Below, one piece after another: positions 42,092-54,830 of a stretch of DNA of 64,000 nt. The notes under the pieces were generated by a model that was given only the letters and a program-made list of their open reading frames with translations, did no database searches and was not told the origin of the DNA. This stretch comes from the human T2T-CHM13v2.0 reference genome, Homo sapiens, in the NCBI RefSeq assembly GCF_009914755.1, contig NC_060927.1; one strand, given 5' to 3'. A program made the translations under genes and the position numbers. Positions within the stretch are counted from its first letter, which is position 1; the number at the start of each line of letters is the position of its first letter.

Positions 42092-43489
42092 CTCAAAACC
42101 ATTAAGAATTAATTTGACAAAAGTAATTCAACATCCTAAGATGAAATGGAAACATGCTTGCAGTCTTTACATATTCGAGTTGCTCATCACTCAAAATACT
42201 CAATAGTCTATATGTCCACTTAGAGAAGGAATTCGTAGATCAGAAAAAAAGATACCTAAGAGAACCTTCTATTTTTCTTCCAACAATATTTTTCTGTCCT
42301 TGGGATTATTTCAGTTACTTTTGAGATCACGAAATGAGCATAAACAGAAAACACTGCCCCCACCCTGAAACAATTCACATTGCATATGGAAGAAAAGCAA
42401 TCATATAGTTAGGCTCTATAGATGGCAACATGGAGATGAATTAAGTATCTCACGGCTGTATGCATAAGAGAATATCTCTGCAGTTCATTTCAGTATCCTG
42501 GCTTAATTAGAAGTTCTTATCCACTTTTTCTGTTGATAAAATTCCTATCAGTTCTCGTCTTCTTAGTTTTTAATACAAGATACACATAAATTAACCCAAG
42601 GGCTACCATTATTTAGGGATGCCTCTATTTTTCTCGGCTTCTCTCAACCTACAATAGTAAGCTAAACACACACACATGCAGACACACACACTCACAGTAT
42701 TTGGCTTTCAGTCAAATGTTCAATTGACAGTTGTAGAGGATCAAGTCTTAGACCACAAGTTTAGTAGAACAGGATTCCATTCTTAGCTGTCGACATCGGA
42801 TCAGTCCTTTTGCCTCTTTGAATCCATTTCCACATTTTTTACGAAAACTGAGACTAGATAAGAAACTGTAAGTAGTTTCTTATAGATTAATTGTTGGCTC
42901 AATTTAGATTTGAACTGGTTTTATTTCTTGCTATATTCTTACCAGTGTCCTTGTGTTACTGAAACAACTTAAGAAATACAAGAACTAGACAAAGTCTAGT
43001 TGGGGAGAAAAAGCTAAGACATATGGAATAATATGATACAGTGTATAATTTACTTCTATAATTAAATGTAATATATGCATTCTATATATATATTCCCTAT
43101 GTTACAGAAGTTCAGGAAAATGGAAGCTCTGTGTGGCCTGAAGTATTCATGGAATGCCTTACACAGAAAATGGAACCTGAGTTGACACCTAAAGAAGCGG
43201 AAGTTGAGAAAGCCAAGAACAGAAAACATTTTAGTGAGGTGGAAGTTAGGTGGTTTTGCAGAGTAATGTGTGTATGCAGAAAGGGACTGGCAGATTGGTG
43301 GATTTGATTTATATTGGGGGGAAATGAGAAAGAACAGCATGTAAATAAAATAAGGATAAATAACCGAGTCTGTCACTCTAATCTTAGATATCTGGACTTT
43401 ACCAAATAGGCAACAAGACGTGTGACATATGAAAACTAGAGCAACAACACAGATTATGAGATTTGCAGACACATAGTTTCTAAACCCTC

Positions 43490-43625
43490 CACTCAGTCAC
43501 TTGGCTTTGAGCTATTCATTTAACTTCTCTGCCTTAGTTTTCCTATCTGTAAAATGGACATGATAATGCTTATTGCACAGAGTTGATAGAACCAAATGCA
43601 TTGTCATGTTTCTGAAAGTGATTCA
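43490..43625 (+). mobile_element. MIR
   Basis: ttaacttctctgccttagttttcctatctgtaaaatggacatgataatg..cagagttgatagaaccaaatg. Confidence 0.75.
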
Positions 43626-44019
43626 CAGAGATGTATCCTCTCTAAGAGCTATTTGTCATGAATACCTAATTCTTCTGTTTGTCAGATAAAGTTACCATAA
43701 GACTATTGTAAAAACTGACATATTACCTCAGTAATATTTTTTAGTTTATATTCAGCAGATTGCTTTAAAGCTTTAAAATCTAATACCTTATATTTGTGCA
43801 AGATTAATTTTCAAAGTGCTGATACATTCATTAATTGTATTTGATCCTCAACCATAAATGCTATGAAGAATTTAGGACAGAATGATTACCTTAATTTATA
43901 GAAGTACAAAAAGATTTAGAGTTAACCCAGGGGAAAATGCATCTAAACAAAGGCTTTCAGGCTCCCTAATGTGGTTACCTGTTCAAAACATCATATTTCA
44001 TCTTTTTGTTCTTTATTTT

Positions 44020-44221
44020 TCTTTTTTGACAGAGTCTAGCTCTGTCATCCAGCTGGAGTGCAAGCAATTCTCCTGCCTCAGCCTCCAGAGTAGCTGCTAT
44101 TATAGGCGCCTGCCACCACAACCCAGCTAATTTTTGTATTTTTAGTAGAGACGGGGTTTCACTGTGTTGGCCAGGCTGGTCTCGAACTCCTGACCTTGTG
44201 ATCCACCTGTCTCGGCCTCCC
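44020..44221 (-). mobile_element. AluSg/Sc-type with internal deletion and missing 5' end
   Basis: ctggagtgca|agcaattctcctgcctcagcc junction; ends at ctcggcctccc. Confidence 0.88.
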
Positions 44222-44249
44222 CTTTTTGTTCTTTTAATTTCCTCTAATA

Positions 44250-44673
44250 TCCATTTTTGCCTTCTTGCAAATAAATAGATTATTCAGCTACACCTTCTAA
44301 CATATCCTGCAACCAGATGTAGGTCCTATGGACCCACTACTGGCCAATGAGATGTAAGTCATCACATCATTATAAGCTTGAGGAATCCTTCCTTAAAGAC
44401 AGCATAAAGGTGTCCTTTGTGCCCCTTCTCAACCTTTGCCTATTGCTGTTTGAATGGGGATATGGTAGCTGGATCATCTCAAACCAAAAAAACAAGGACT
44501 ACTCCCCAGCGGGTGTTGGCAGGTGAGCTGGAAGGAGCTGGGTCCCTGAGAGCTTTGTGGAGCAGTGGCACAAGTCCAACATTCAATTACCCAGGTCTGG
44601 CTTTTACGTGAGAAAATAAGTCCTTGTTCTCTTAGTCTGTGCGATGCAGAGCCAACTCTAATCCTAACTGATA
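44250..44673 (+). mobile_element. Old ERVL/MaLR LTR (MLT1J/K- or LTR33-like)
   Basis: tggccaatgagatgtaagt..gtgagaaaataagtcc..gagccaactctaatcctaactgata. Confidence 0.5.
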
Positions 44674-45279
44674 GAGATGCTAATGAAAGCAGAATTAATA
44701 TGCAAGATATGAACTAGATGCAAGGTACTTCATTTTAAATAAAAGCAGATACTGGAAAACGATTAAGTTCACTGATAATTACTGTGAGAAGGAGAAAAGA
44801 CTTCCCAGGATAAATGCTAAGAACACTGGTTTATGTAGCTGACCATAGAAGGAAAAGCAACTATAAAGTTTTTCCTACATGGAATGAGAGAAAACTGATA
44901 ATGCTAGGCAGGGACAAAAACAAGAAACCTGTTTGAAAGTTTTATATGAACCACAACATGATAATGGCCTTTAGCTGGTTTGCTTTGTGAGACTTACTAA
45001 GCCCATTTTTAAAAATCAGTAAACGATTTGAAACGAGACTTTATTGGTAAAAGCTAAACATAGTTTCTCTGGAAAGGTCCTCATCTGCCTCCTAAAAGTC
45101 CCAAAAGGTGGCAAATGACTTACTGTTATCTATTAATTATCTTCAGAGTAGCATACTGTGGCTCCAGCTCACAGGAGCCCTTTGCTACTCCTTTCACTAC
45201 TCCTCAAAGCCACTGTCCTAACTCATAGTAACTGGGCTGCTTGACTCCACCCACTCTTTAAGTCCCTTGCATCCTCTTA

Positions 45280-45780
45280 AGCCATTTTCCTGCTTACAAC
45301 CTGCAGTGATTCCTCCCTGTCTCCAATGTCCTTTACAACCTGGCTCCAACCCACATTTCCAGCTTATCACCTGTCACCCTTTCCATCTGCTGTAACCGGC
45401 TTCACAGAGCTTTTTGCCATTTCCTAAGTTCCCCCTCGATCTTTAACTAGGCTGGAGTTTGTCCTCTTTTGTCCTCTATCTCTTTTTGGAAAGCTTATCT
45501 TCCCACTTCTAAATTTGGCCAACTCTTTTCATCATTTAAGGCCTACCTTGTTGAACTCCCCCATGAATCTTGCCCAAAACCCTTCAGAAATAATACTTCC
45601 CTTTTCCAGATGGCTTATTTCTTGTGTATATTTCGGTAATGATATTTAGAACATGGTTTTAGAGTTCTTTGTTTATATCTCTGTCTCCATCCCTACAATG
45701 CAAGACTCTTGAGGGTAGTTGCTGTAATGTCTAGCCCAGGTACATGTACACAGCTTTATTAAATAAATGTTATTATATGG
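45280..45780 (+). mobile_element. L2 relic
   Basis: cctggctccaacc..ctctgtctccatccctacaatgcaagactcttgagggtag..aaataaatgtt. Confidence 0.6.
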
Positions 45781-46589
45781 GTTATGACAAAAACACGTTA
45801 TTTCCAGGAATGTAGGTTTTCTTGTTAGAATGAAAGTTCTTTTTAAGATAAAAATGAAATTAGAAACTTAAAGCATCTCAGCCTGATACTCAAAGTTAAT
45901 CTACAACATACATTTGTGCTACATGGCACTTTCACTCCAATACTGAGTGCTTCTAGTAATTTGATCTTCCTCCTCCTACCTTCTAAACTCCATCTTTTTG
46001 CTAACTTAGCTCCCTCTGCTTGGAATGTCACTCTCCCTACATCTTCACACTGAAATCCCTGACATGCGTGAAATGACACACCAAATGCCAAGTGCTTTCT
46101 TTCACTTCTTAGCTGCCCTATTCCTGGATCCAGACTATATTTATCACAATTTATAGTTTTATTCTTCTAAAAAATCTGTTTCCTCTGCCAACCACAACCA
46201 GATTGTAAGCTCTCCAAAACAAAACTCACATCAAAACTACACTTGTATAATACAAGGAAGGGAGGAGACAGATAGAGACAGAGAAAACAAGAGGGAGAAT
46301 ATGCAGGGTAGTATATATTCTGTGTATATTAGCAATCCCAGTAAACATTTGCAGACTAAATAATACTACAATTATATGCCAAATAGAGTCCAAGTATTTA
46401 ATCTGACATTCAAAGATCTTCTTAAACTTGTCCTTTCCAAAAGGAGTATCTTGTTCTACATCTTTTTGTAAAGTTGACTCTTGTATTTTGAAAAATGAAA
46501 TAATGGAGCTGGTACTCTTGGCTTCCATAAACCAAGCTCATTCATAAAACTTCACAGAAAAAAGGTAATGGAAAAGGTAATGAAGAGAA

Positions 46590-47114
46590 AGTATAGTCTC
46601 TTCAACAAATGATGCTGAAAAAACTGGGTATTCACACATGAAAGAATGAAATTGGGCCCTTATGTTATACCATACATAAAATTCATTCAAAATGGATTAA
46701 ATAATTAAATGTGAGACCTAAAACTGTAAAACCCATAGGAAAAAAACATAGGGGAAAAAGTCAACATTGGCCTTAGCAATGATTTATTTCTTGGATAACG
46801 AAAAGCACAGGCAAATGAAAGCAAAAACTAGACAAGTGGGATTACATTAAACTAAAAAGCTTCTGCAGAGCAAAGGAAACAATCAACAGAATGAAAAGGC
46901 AACTTATGGAATGGGAGAAAATATTTGCAAATTGTATATCTGGTGGGGGTTCAATATCCAGAATACATAAGAAACTCCTATGACTCAAAAGGAAAAACAA
47001 AACAAATAAGCCAATTAAAAAATGGACACAGGGCTTGAACAGACATTTCTCAAGAACAACAAACAAATGGCCAACAGGTATATGAAAATATACTCAACAT
47101 CACTAATCATCAGA
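46590..47114 (+). mobile_element. L1M ORF2 3' fragment
   Basis: agtctcttcaacaaatgatgctg..attaaactaaaaagcttctgcagagcaaaggaaacaatcaacaga..ctcaacatcactaatcatcaga. Confidence 0.87.
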
Positions 47115-47525
47115 TAATTATGAGCTGTTAACCTAAAATAAACACTTCCAAGTTATAAAATATTAAAGGATCACTTTGATTAATCATGCTACAGGAAAGA
47201 CTGAATTATATTTCTCTCTACAAGAAATGTATAATAAAATTGTTGTCATATGGAAAGACATTCAAAAATTATATATCCATAATAATGGGAAGGAAATTTA
47301 TAGACTTGCTGCTATCAGGCAATTAATTAAAATGTTGTATTATTTTCCTGAGTTGTATCATCTTTGATAGTTCTCAGCTTTTCAAAATTTAAACTGTTGT
47401 GGTATATTTTCTCAGTCTAAATACTCAATTTTGCATCTAATTTTCATTTCATTATATTTATTTTTTCGAGGGAGAACCCCACATAAGATAAGCTTTAGGA
47501 CCTACAAAACCTAAATCATTCTCAT
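47115..47525 (+). mobile_element. Zaphod-like (hAT-Tip100) DNA transposon 3' end
   Basis: catgctacaggaaagactgaattata (MLQERLNY, hATC-like)..ttgtcatatg..caggcaattaattaa..taagctttaggacctacaaaacct. Confidence 0.7.
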
Positions 47526-48367
47526 ATTGAAATTTAAGTGGAAGGAGAAGATGAGAGAAAGTAACAAATGAGAAAAGAAAAACTAAATAGATAATATTCA
47601 TTGACTGTCTATTTTTTCAGGCATCCTGCTAGGTAGGCATTTTGATATGCGAAATGTCATTTTATTATAAACTCAGTATTTGACTACTTAAAATAGCTTC
47701 ATTGAACAGTATATAAAAGTCCTAACTTCTTTGAGGGGTACAAAGTGAAAAAAATTGAGAAAATGTAAAGCACCATCCTAACATTTGGAGTTAACATACA
47801 GCACTTGTAAAAACCTGACTTAGAAGTCATTTATTCTTACCATAAATATTTGTTAGGACTTACTGTATGCCAAATACCATGCCTAGGCTAAAAAAAGAGT
47901 GACGAACATAACAGTTGTGGTCTCTAGTGAAAAGACTTTTATCTGTGAATCTTTCCGAGGTTTCCACTACTTTAAGGGCAAGTTGAAGGTACCAGAAACT
48001 TTTATTATGATCCCCAATGCCTAGCATGATATCTTGGTTTTAGAAGCTGTTATTCAATATCTGCTGAATAAATAAATGAATTAGGAGTAGTTTCTCCTTA
48101 CACATGTTTATTCATAACTTTTCTCAGTCATATTTTTATAATTAAGCATGTAAGAAAAAAATGGAAGATAATATGTATTACACATAGACTAAAGGAAAGC
48201 CAAAAAACCTACATGGTACAAAGTCTGAAATGGCAGAATCATGGGATGCATAGGCCTGGTAAGGGTAGGAGTATGTGTGTGTGTAGAGTGATGCAAGGTT
48301 GGAGGGAATTAAGAGGAAGGAAAGAGTTTGGGGAATCTGTTACAATTGAGATATTAAACATCTTGTC

Positions 48368-48679
48368 AGCAAGGCGTGGTGGCTCATGCCTGTAATCTCA
48401 GCACTTTGGGAGGCTAAGGCAGGAGAATCACTTGAGCCCAGGAGTTTGCGACTAGCCTGGGAAACACAGGGAGACTCCATCTCTGTAAAAATAAAAACAA
48501 AAATAATTTAGTCAGGTATGTGTGTGTGCCTGTGGTCCCAGCTACTTGGGAGGCTGAGGTCGGAGGATAGCCTGCACCCAGGAATTCAAGGCTGCAGTTA
48601 AGCCATGATTGCACCACTCCACTCCTGCCTGGGTAACGGGGCAGGGCATGCCTCTGTCTCAACAAAATAAAATAAAAAA
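48368..48679 (+). mobile_element. AluJ
   Basis: cttgagcccaggagtttg..aggctgcagt; TSD taaacatcttgtc / taaacatcctgtc. Confidence 0.92.
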
Positions 48680-48844
48680 TAAACATCCTGTCCAATGATA
48701 CTGCACCAAAAAATGTACTTTCTAAAAGTGCTATGTTTTACTCAGCTTAATTTCTACCTGTACACACCATATTATTCCAGTAAGAAAAAGGTAACAGTCA
48801 ATCCAAAACACATAGGAAAACAATGTGACAACCAAGAAAGTTTC

Positions 48845-48922
48845 AAAGAAAGAGAAGAAGAGGAAGAGAGGGAGAGAGGGAGAGAGGGAGGAAGAAGGGA
48901 GGGAAGGAAGGAGAAAAAAAAG
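48845..48922. repeat. Pure polypurine (GA-rich) tract
   Basis: ~78 nt containing only A and G. Confidence 0.9.
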
Positions 48923-49876
48923 CTCATTACAAATTGTCTTTGGAACATGTAAATCCAGTATCTTTCCAAGTAACTTCTAAGGACAGACTCATTGCTTGTA
49001 ACGAAGAAAGGTATAAAAGAGTACAGTTGTATTTAGAAATTCTAGATCTATTTTGTCAAATGGCCAATAAAAAAGATTCATCCTGTGACCCATTAAAAAC
49101 CCATGTGGAACATACTGAGAGAGAATGGAGATATTTGGGTTTATAATCTGTGCATTTTCAATGTTAGATTTCCTTGAAAATTCAATATCATTTCCCACAT
49201 CTCAAAATGTTCTCAATCAAGATATTTTATTAGAGTGTGAATAAGATCATATCCTACAAAATCTTAAATAAAAAGTTAAGTTAGTACCAGGTTATTTTCT
49301 CCTACAATAAATCCTATAGTCTCTCACAATAATATCTATAATTATAATATTCATAATATTTGCAGGCCACTCAATTGGTTTTTCCTCAGTTATGAAATTA
49401 ATATTTACTTCTGTTATTTATAATTTACTTAAGTCAATTATTCACCCTCCCCATTCTCAACAGGAAAATGCTATTATTGAATATACAGCAAAGGAGTGAG
49501 CTCTTAAATCTTCCAATACAAAAGTGGTTATATAAATTATGGTACAATGGAATGTTCACCCAGGCAAATTAATTATTCATTCCCTTACCCTAATTCCACA
49601 GCATTCCATACATAGCACTTATCACAGTGCTTATTAATATTTATATGTTTGTCTGAGTTTCCCTGAAAACTAGGGATTCATAGAATATAACATGTTTTTG
49701 TTGTTGTTTTGCATCCAGATTGCATTTCAAAATAAAGCCTAAACAATTGTTGTTACTGAATTTAACCCTCTAAAACAGCATTTCTTACAGACATTAAAGG
49801 AAAGATGTAACTTGCCGTATTCTTTTAGCTTTTAAGTCAAGGAAATAAGTGGTCTTGGTGACTCCAAGTAATTTAA

Positions 49877-49994
49877 TGAGGTTGCAATTTTTTGAATTTC
49901 TGCAATCAGACCTTGGCGATGACTTTGAGCAGTAGGATATAAATAACTCCCACATGCGTAGTGTTCCAATAATGGAACACTAGGCATAAATGAG
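49877..49994 (-). mobile_element. MER85 piggyBac MITE (PGBD3-derived), 3' TIR missing, inserted in a MIR
   Basis: Minus strand reads ttaa-ctcatttatgcctagtgttccattattggaacactacgcatgtgggagttatttatatcctactgctcaaagtcatcgccaaggtctgattgcagaaattcaaaaaattgcaacctca-ttaa; TTAA at 49873-49876 and 49995-49998. Confidence 0.92.
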
Positions 49995-51284
49995 TTAACC
50001 ACTTTGAGTATTTCTTGGCTCTGAATGCTTCACTGGATTGTTATGAAGATCAATGAGATAATAAAAACAAGCCACTTTTTAAACCATAAAGGATACAAAG
50101 CATCACTATCAGTGTTGTCAGTGTTTTTGTTCTCATTGTTGTTTTCATATCTCCACATCTGGAGTTTTCATAGTAGGAGGAACATGGCTGGGTGGTCATT
50201 ATTCCATAGTTCAACTTAAATTTTTTAAAATGTTATGGGAGAAAAAAAAAAGCATGTATTCCATCTTCTATTATTGAAGTTCCCATAAGCAAAACAACTA
50301 TGTGGTTAAAATAAAACACTGTTAAGAATGTAAACATCAACATACTTTAAGTTATATTGGTTCACTGCTTTAAGTATGATGTCCTATTTTATAAGCAATT
50401 GGCCAAATAGTCCAACTGACTGATTTATTTTCTCACTGAATTTATCGACTTACAGAGCTGACTAGTGGTTTGGGACTTCAGAGACTAAAATTTTTCTTCT
50501 AAGCATTGGCTGACAGCATACACTGTGGGTTTTCAGCATAACAAAAATGAGCAGCATTGTGATCTCTTTATTTGATAAGGTAGTAGAAATATTTGCCTTA
50601 GCTCTGGTAAAAGTCCTGTCATTGACTTTTAATCCTGATAATATCATATAACCTTTCCTATGATAGTTCAAAAATGTTCAAAAATTTGCATAATTAACAA
50701 GTCAATTAAACGTGATTATTTTTTCATTAAGATGAAAAATGAGGCATATCACTATTGATAATGAAAGCAAATGCCTGTCATTACTCATTCTCTGGAGCCA
50801 TTTGTCTTACACAGACTTGTCTTGGAGCCCGTCTGGTCTGAAGAATTCAGTGAACAGCACAGGTGACGGTCCATAAGATCAATGGGCAGAAACATCTTCC
50901 AAGAAATCTTTGCATGTTTTGAAGCTTTTAGATTTGCATCCTCTATAAACCTTTCATCAAAAACTATGTTGCCAAAATCAATACTATGGCCTACTAGGTT
51001 TATTCATTAATTCATCACATATATTCCAGACATTGTGCCAGGCACTTGCAATACAGTGGTAGAAAGGACAGAGATGGTACCTGCCATCATAGTAGTTAAA
51101 GTCTAAAATAGATAAAAGTAACCACATGTGTAATATGTATCCATCTTTACAGACCAGGAAACTGATACTCAAAGATACTGTTTTCCCAAGGTTATAAAGT
51201 CAGCTAGTGAAAAAGCTAAGCTGTGAACCTAGATTCTGGTGGCTACAAAGCTGTAAAATATTGTTGCTCTTAAGATATAACATA

Positions 51285-51684
<400 letters not shown>

Positions 51685-51999
51685 TTAGCCAAGTAGAACC
51701 ATCCTGCTCAAAAGGTAAAAAATCTTTAGTTTTTCTTAGATAAAATTACACACAGGCAACACAAGCACACTTATTTGAGTTGATTTAGATATGCTCAAAG
51801 CTTTGCACGTTGTTATCATTAATACCTAAATAAGAAAATATGACTGCCTAATTCCAAAAATATTAAGTGGATCTATAGAAATAAACATAATGTGGAAAGA
51901 TTTTTTTTTTTTAGAAATTAGGGATAAAAAAGGACTTGAAAAATAAAATGATTATTTTGTCCTTACTATTCTCTACTTCAAAATCTCTCATTCAACCCA

Positions 52000-52540
52000 T
52001 GTCTACTATAAACTCCAGTTAGAAAATTTTTCTAAAGTATTGCATTTTACTCATTGCTCAATAACTTTCATTGGTTCCCCATTTCCTACAACATAAAGCT
52101 TACACTCCCTTAAGTGTCAGTTAAGACACTCTAAAATATGGCCCCATGATACTTCCAAATAATCTCTTTGCTTCATGCAAGCTAGTGGGTTAATTTTTCC
52201 CTTACATGGTGGGAGCTTTCTCCACTTCCTGATTTTGTGCCTCCTTACCTGAAATACAACTGTCCTAATCTTAATTTATTTATTTTGTTCCCATTCTTCA
52301 AGAATTGGGTTAAAACCAAACTTGTTGATCACTATGGCTTTTGAGGATCTGTTAGATCTCTGAAATCTGGTGATTCTTCTAATCACTTGGTAGTACCAGT
52401 GACACCTTTTGTTTTACATTAAAATGTAAAACCTTTTATGCTCTGGGAAAAGCTAGAAGGCAGGAATTGTATCAGATTCATTTTTGTAATCCAGTAACTA
52501 GAACGCAGTTGGCCTTCAATATGTTGGTATTAATGAAAAT
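52000..52540 (+). mobile_element. L2 relic
   Basis: ttgctcaataactttcattggttccccatttcctac..aagctagaaggcaggaattgtatc..caatatgttggtattaatgaa. Confidence 0.55.
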
Positions 52541-52897
52541 AAAGCATGCATATGGCAGGCATATGTGAAAACTCAATCATTTTGTGGTAGCTGCCTGAAA
52601 CAATGTCTTAAGGAGACATTTGAAGCCAGGCAACAATGAATGTTGTGAGAATTTAGTGATGTCTGCAGTGAACACAGGAAGGGGTACTTCAGCCATTGAT
52701 TTGTCATTTCCCACTTGAGGGCCTCCTTTTATAATAAAATAGCATGAAACATTCCATAAAAACAGCGATGATTTGCACCGTACTTTAAAATCAATATCTT
52801 ATTGTATAACTTTGACTCAAAGTTATAATAATACAAATTTGGAATGCAAACTTTAAAAATTGAAGAAAAAAACCAACTCTCCAGAGGTAATTTAGCT

Positions 52898-53375
52898 TAA
52901 TGGTTCACAGACTTTGCTGCATATTAAAACCTTCTGAAAAGTTTGAAAATTCTGATGTCCAGACTACACTCATAATAATTAAATAAAATTGCCTGGAATT
53001 GAAGACAAGTACTTTTTAACTCCCCAGATTATTCCAGTATGCTTCATTGTTGAAAACAATTTAATATTCAATAGTCTGGGATAGTTCTAGCAAGCTCACA
53101 TGCGATACTGATTCTTCCCAAATCTTACCAGTCAATGAACCAAACCTTGCTGCTCAAAGTGTGAACAGCATCACCATCATCTGGAGCTTGTTGGAAAGGC
53201 AGAATCTCAGGCTGTATCCAAGAATTATTGAATCAAAATTTGCATTTTAACACAATTACAATGCAGTTAAAGTTTTGAGAAGTGCTGTGTGCTTGGTTCT
53301 CAAAGTGTGGTCCTCCTGCAGACTTCCTGATTCAAAAACAAAGATTTTGGAGCCATTGTTGAGAACCTGGATCTA
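52898..53375. mobile_element. Cluster of MER5 (hAT-Charlie) MITE copies and fragments
   Basis: aatggttcacagactttgctgcatatt (MER5B-like); gctgctcaaagtgtg..gcagaatctcagg..tttgagaagtgctg (MER5A1-like); tggttctcaaagtgtggtcc..gttgagaacc. Confidence 0.7.
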
Positions 53376-53769
53376 TGAGGAGCGGCTGCTGTCTTCCTTT
53401 ACGTCTCAGTAGGGCTTTTCTGCCCAGATCATCAGTGTCAAAGACTGGGAAGAGACCATATGTAACTGTATATTCCAACCCCTTCAGAGGGAAACTCCAA
53501 GTGCACTAGATGTTAATCTTATCTAAATTAGACTTCGATCAATTCTTCCAAAGAAAAGAAGGTTGGTCTAAGGCCTAAAAGAGTGCTGAAACTACAGATG
53601 TGGTTCAAAAATGGCTTCTTACCCAATTTGTCAAAGCTCTGCTCAAGTCCTTCATTTTTTCTGAAATGGCTCTTGATCACTCTTCAGTCAGCATTGATTT
53701 CCCCTGTTGAGACTTTCCAAGGCACTTCCTTCCATAAGAGTACATTTTGATATTATTAACTTAAATCTC

Positions 53770-53930
53770 CTACATATTATTCCCATTTTGCGGATGAGGA
53801 ACTCTGGTTTCAAAGTGTTAAACTAATTGCCCAAGTTTATCCAGCTGGCAAGTGGAGATACTCATATTAATATCCATGATTGTCTGTCCCTAAAATCAAA
53901 TGGACTATTTATAACACTATCCTGCTTCCT
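53770..53930 (-). mobile_element. MIR
   Basis: attattcccattttgcggatgaggaactctggtttcaaagtgttaaactaattgcccaagtt. Confidence 0.75.
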
Positions 53931-54574
53931 CAAGTATGGGAAATGATCCCTGGTATATACTATAGAAACAATAAAAGTGATGTTTTCTGCTCGTACCTAA
54001 GTAGGAAGGAGCAAGGAGTTCTCTTTAGGATATTTGTAAAAATTCAACTGTAATACTGTGGAGTGGGCTTAATAATGCTGTGCATACATAGTCTCACATA
54101 GGTATGTGTTCCAGATTCGGTCTCAATGTCAAGGGAAGCAGATGTACTAAGTGCAACCTCGCTAGATCTTGGCTGGATGCCTGTTCAGTACCACTCTATC
54201 TAGGCTGCTGAATAATACATGAAAATATATATCCACATAAAGACACACACATCCTACACACCTCAAACTTCTCAAATCAGATATATGAAATAGGCAACCA
54301 GGTTATTTAAAATCTTTAAAATTATTGTATAATGGTTTATTATCTCTAAAAAATGTTTTAATATATATTTTAAATACGTCAAACACATTGAAGAAAAATC
54401 CTTGCAAGTTCACTGTTTAGCCTGTCTAAAGTAAACCTCCATAATATTTTAGAACTAAACCACGTTGCCTTCTTAATGCCTTTTGAAAGTGTTGTCAGAA
54501 GAATGCAGAGGTATGATTTAAGAGATTGTTTATTATACACTGGGAAATATTAACCAGGAAAGATAAATTCGAGA

Positions 54575-54830
54575 TACAGTGTAAACTGGGTGAAGGTATT
54601 AACATTGGAACTAAACTTGCTGAATTCAAATCCTGGGTCTATTATTTAATATCTTTAAGGCCATGGACTAATTATTTAACCTTCCTGTGCCTCAATTTAC
54701 TCATCTTCAAAATAGAAATGATTACAGTACCTTTTATAGGGTTATCACAAGACTTAACTGAGTACAATTTTGAAAATTTTCATAGCTGTACTGAACATTT
54801 AGAAGGTGTTCAGTAAACAGTTACTATTAT
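54575..54830 (+). mobile_element. MIR
   Basis: ttcaaatcctggg..tatttaaccttcctgtgcctcaatttactcatcttcaaaatagaaatgattacagtacc. Confidence 0.75.

Noticed and set aside
43062-43472. 136-aa minus-strand ORF
   Set aside because: Overlaps degenerate L2-like sequence, starts at a non-ATG codon, and has the composition of a random AT-rich ORF
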